Assembly (NCBI RefSeq): GCF_037042905.1
Contig: NC_087251.1
Coordinates: 23,934,001-23,998,000 of the forward strand
Source: Lytechinus pictus
Taxonomy: Eukaryota
DNA: 64,000 nucleotides
Direction of reading: 5' to 3'
This document shows, piece by piece, positions 63,740-64,000 of the stretch (its first letter is position 1; each line of letters starts with the position of its first letter). A program made the translations under genes and the position numbers. The notes beneath the pieces are model-generated. The model was not told the origin of the DNA. It saw only the letters and a list, made by a program, of their open reading frames with translations, and did not search any database.

Positions 63740-64000
63740 ATGGCCACAGAAGGTAATAACGGGGGTGCCCCCATCTCTTCCTCAAACCAAGGCACATCTC
63801 AAATAGTGCCGCTCCCTTACTTTCCATTATATGTAACAGTACCAATTTTCAGTGGGGACAACCTTGAAGCCACTCAGGGGATAGAGGGGTGGATTGCAAG
63901 AGTGGAGGCAGCCTACAAAGCATGGAATATCCCCGAGGACCAGAAATCACAGGTCATCATCCATCACCTCGCAGGAGAGGCCCGCAGGGAGGTGATGGTT
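63740..64000 (+). CDS. gag: Gag (capsid) N-terminus of a Ty3/Gypsy retrotransposon, open to the window edge
   Basis: MATEGNNGGAPISSSNQGTSQIVPLPYFPLYVTVPIFSGDNLEATQGIEGWIARVEAAYKAWNIPEDQKSQVIIHHLAGEARREVMV; the P.FSG...WI...L.GEA pattern is typical of Gypsy/PNMA-like capsid N-domains; lies directly after the PBS. Confidence 0.85.
   Translation, partial: MATEGNNGGAPISSSNQGTSQIVPLPYFPLYVTVPIFSGDNLEATQGIEGWIARVEAAYKAWNIPEDQKSQVIIHHLAGEARREVMV

Overview
AT-rich, repeat-dense eukaryotic genomic DNA. The repeat inventory suggests a marine invertebrate, probably a sea urchin; this is inference only. One complete protein-coding gene is supported: a minus-strand lysocardiolipin acyltransferase 1 (LCLAT1/ALCAT1) with six coding exons, join(29118-28939, 26840-26831, 24690-24502, 23941-23810, 16188-16057, 15518-15019) = 1143 nt, 380 aa, plus two probable 5'UTR exons near 35.3 kb and 34.2 kb. 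This model needs a 10-nt poly-T microexon to keep the frame. A second, divergent plus-strand transcription unit probably starts near 46.1 kb, but only short exon candidates are visible and I cannot name it. The rest is mobile DNA: a 5.57-kb element with asymmetric ends and an 8-bp TSD in an LCLAT1 intron, four Helentron/DINE-1-like elements with internal arrays, nested Kolobok-type elements, hAT-, Harbinger-, Tc1- and EnSpm-like MITEs, a 27-bp palindromic mini-insertion, tRNA-derived SINEs, a decayed CR1/L2-type LINE, and the 5' LTR, tRNA-Leu PBS and gag start of a Ty3/Gypsy retrotransposon at the right edge. Most ORF-track entries are spurious.
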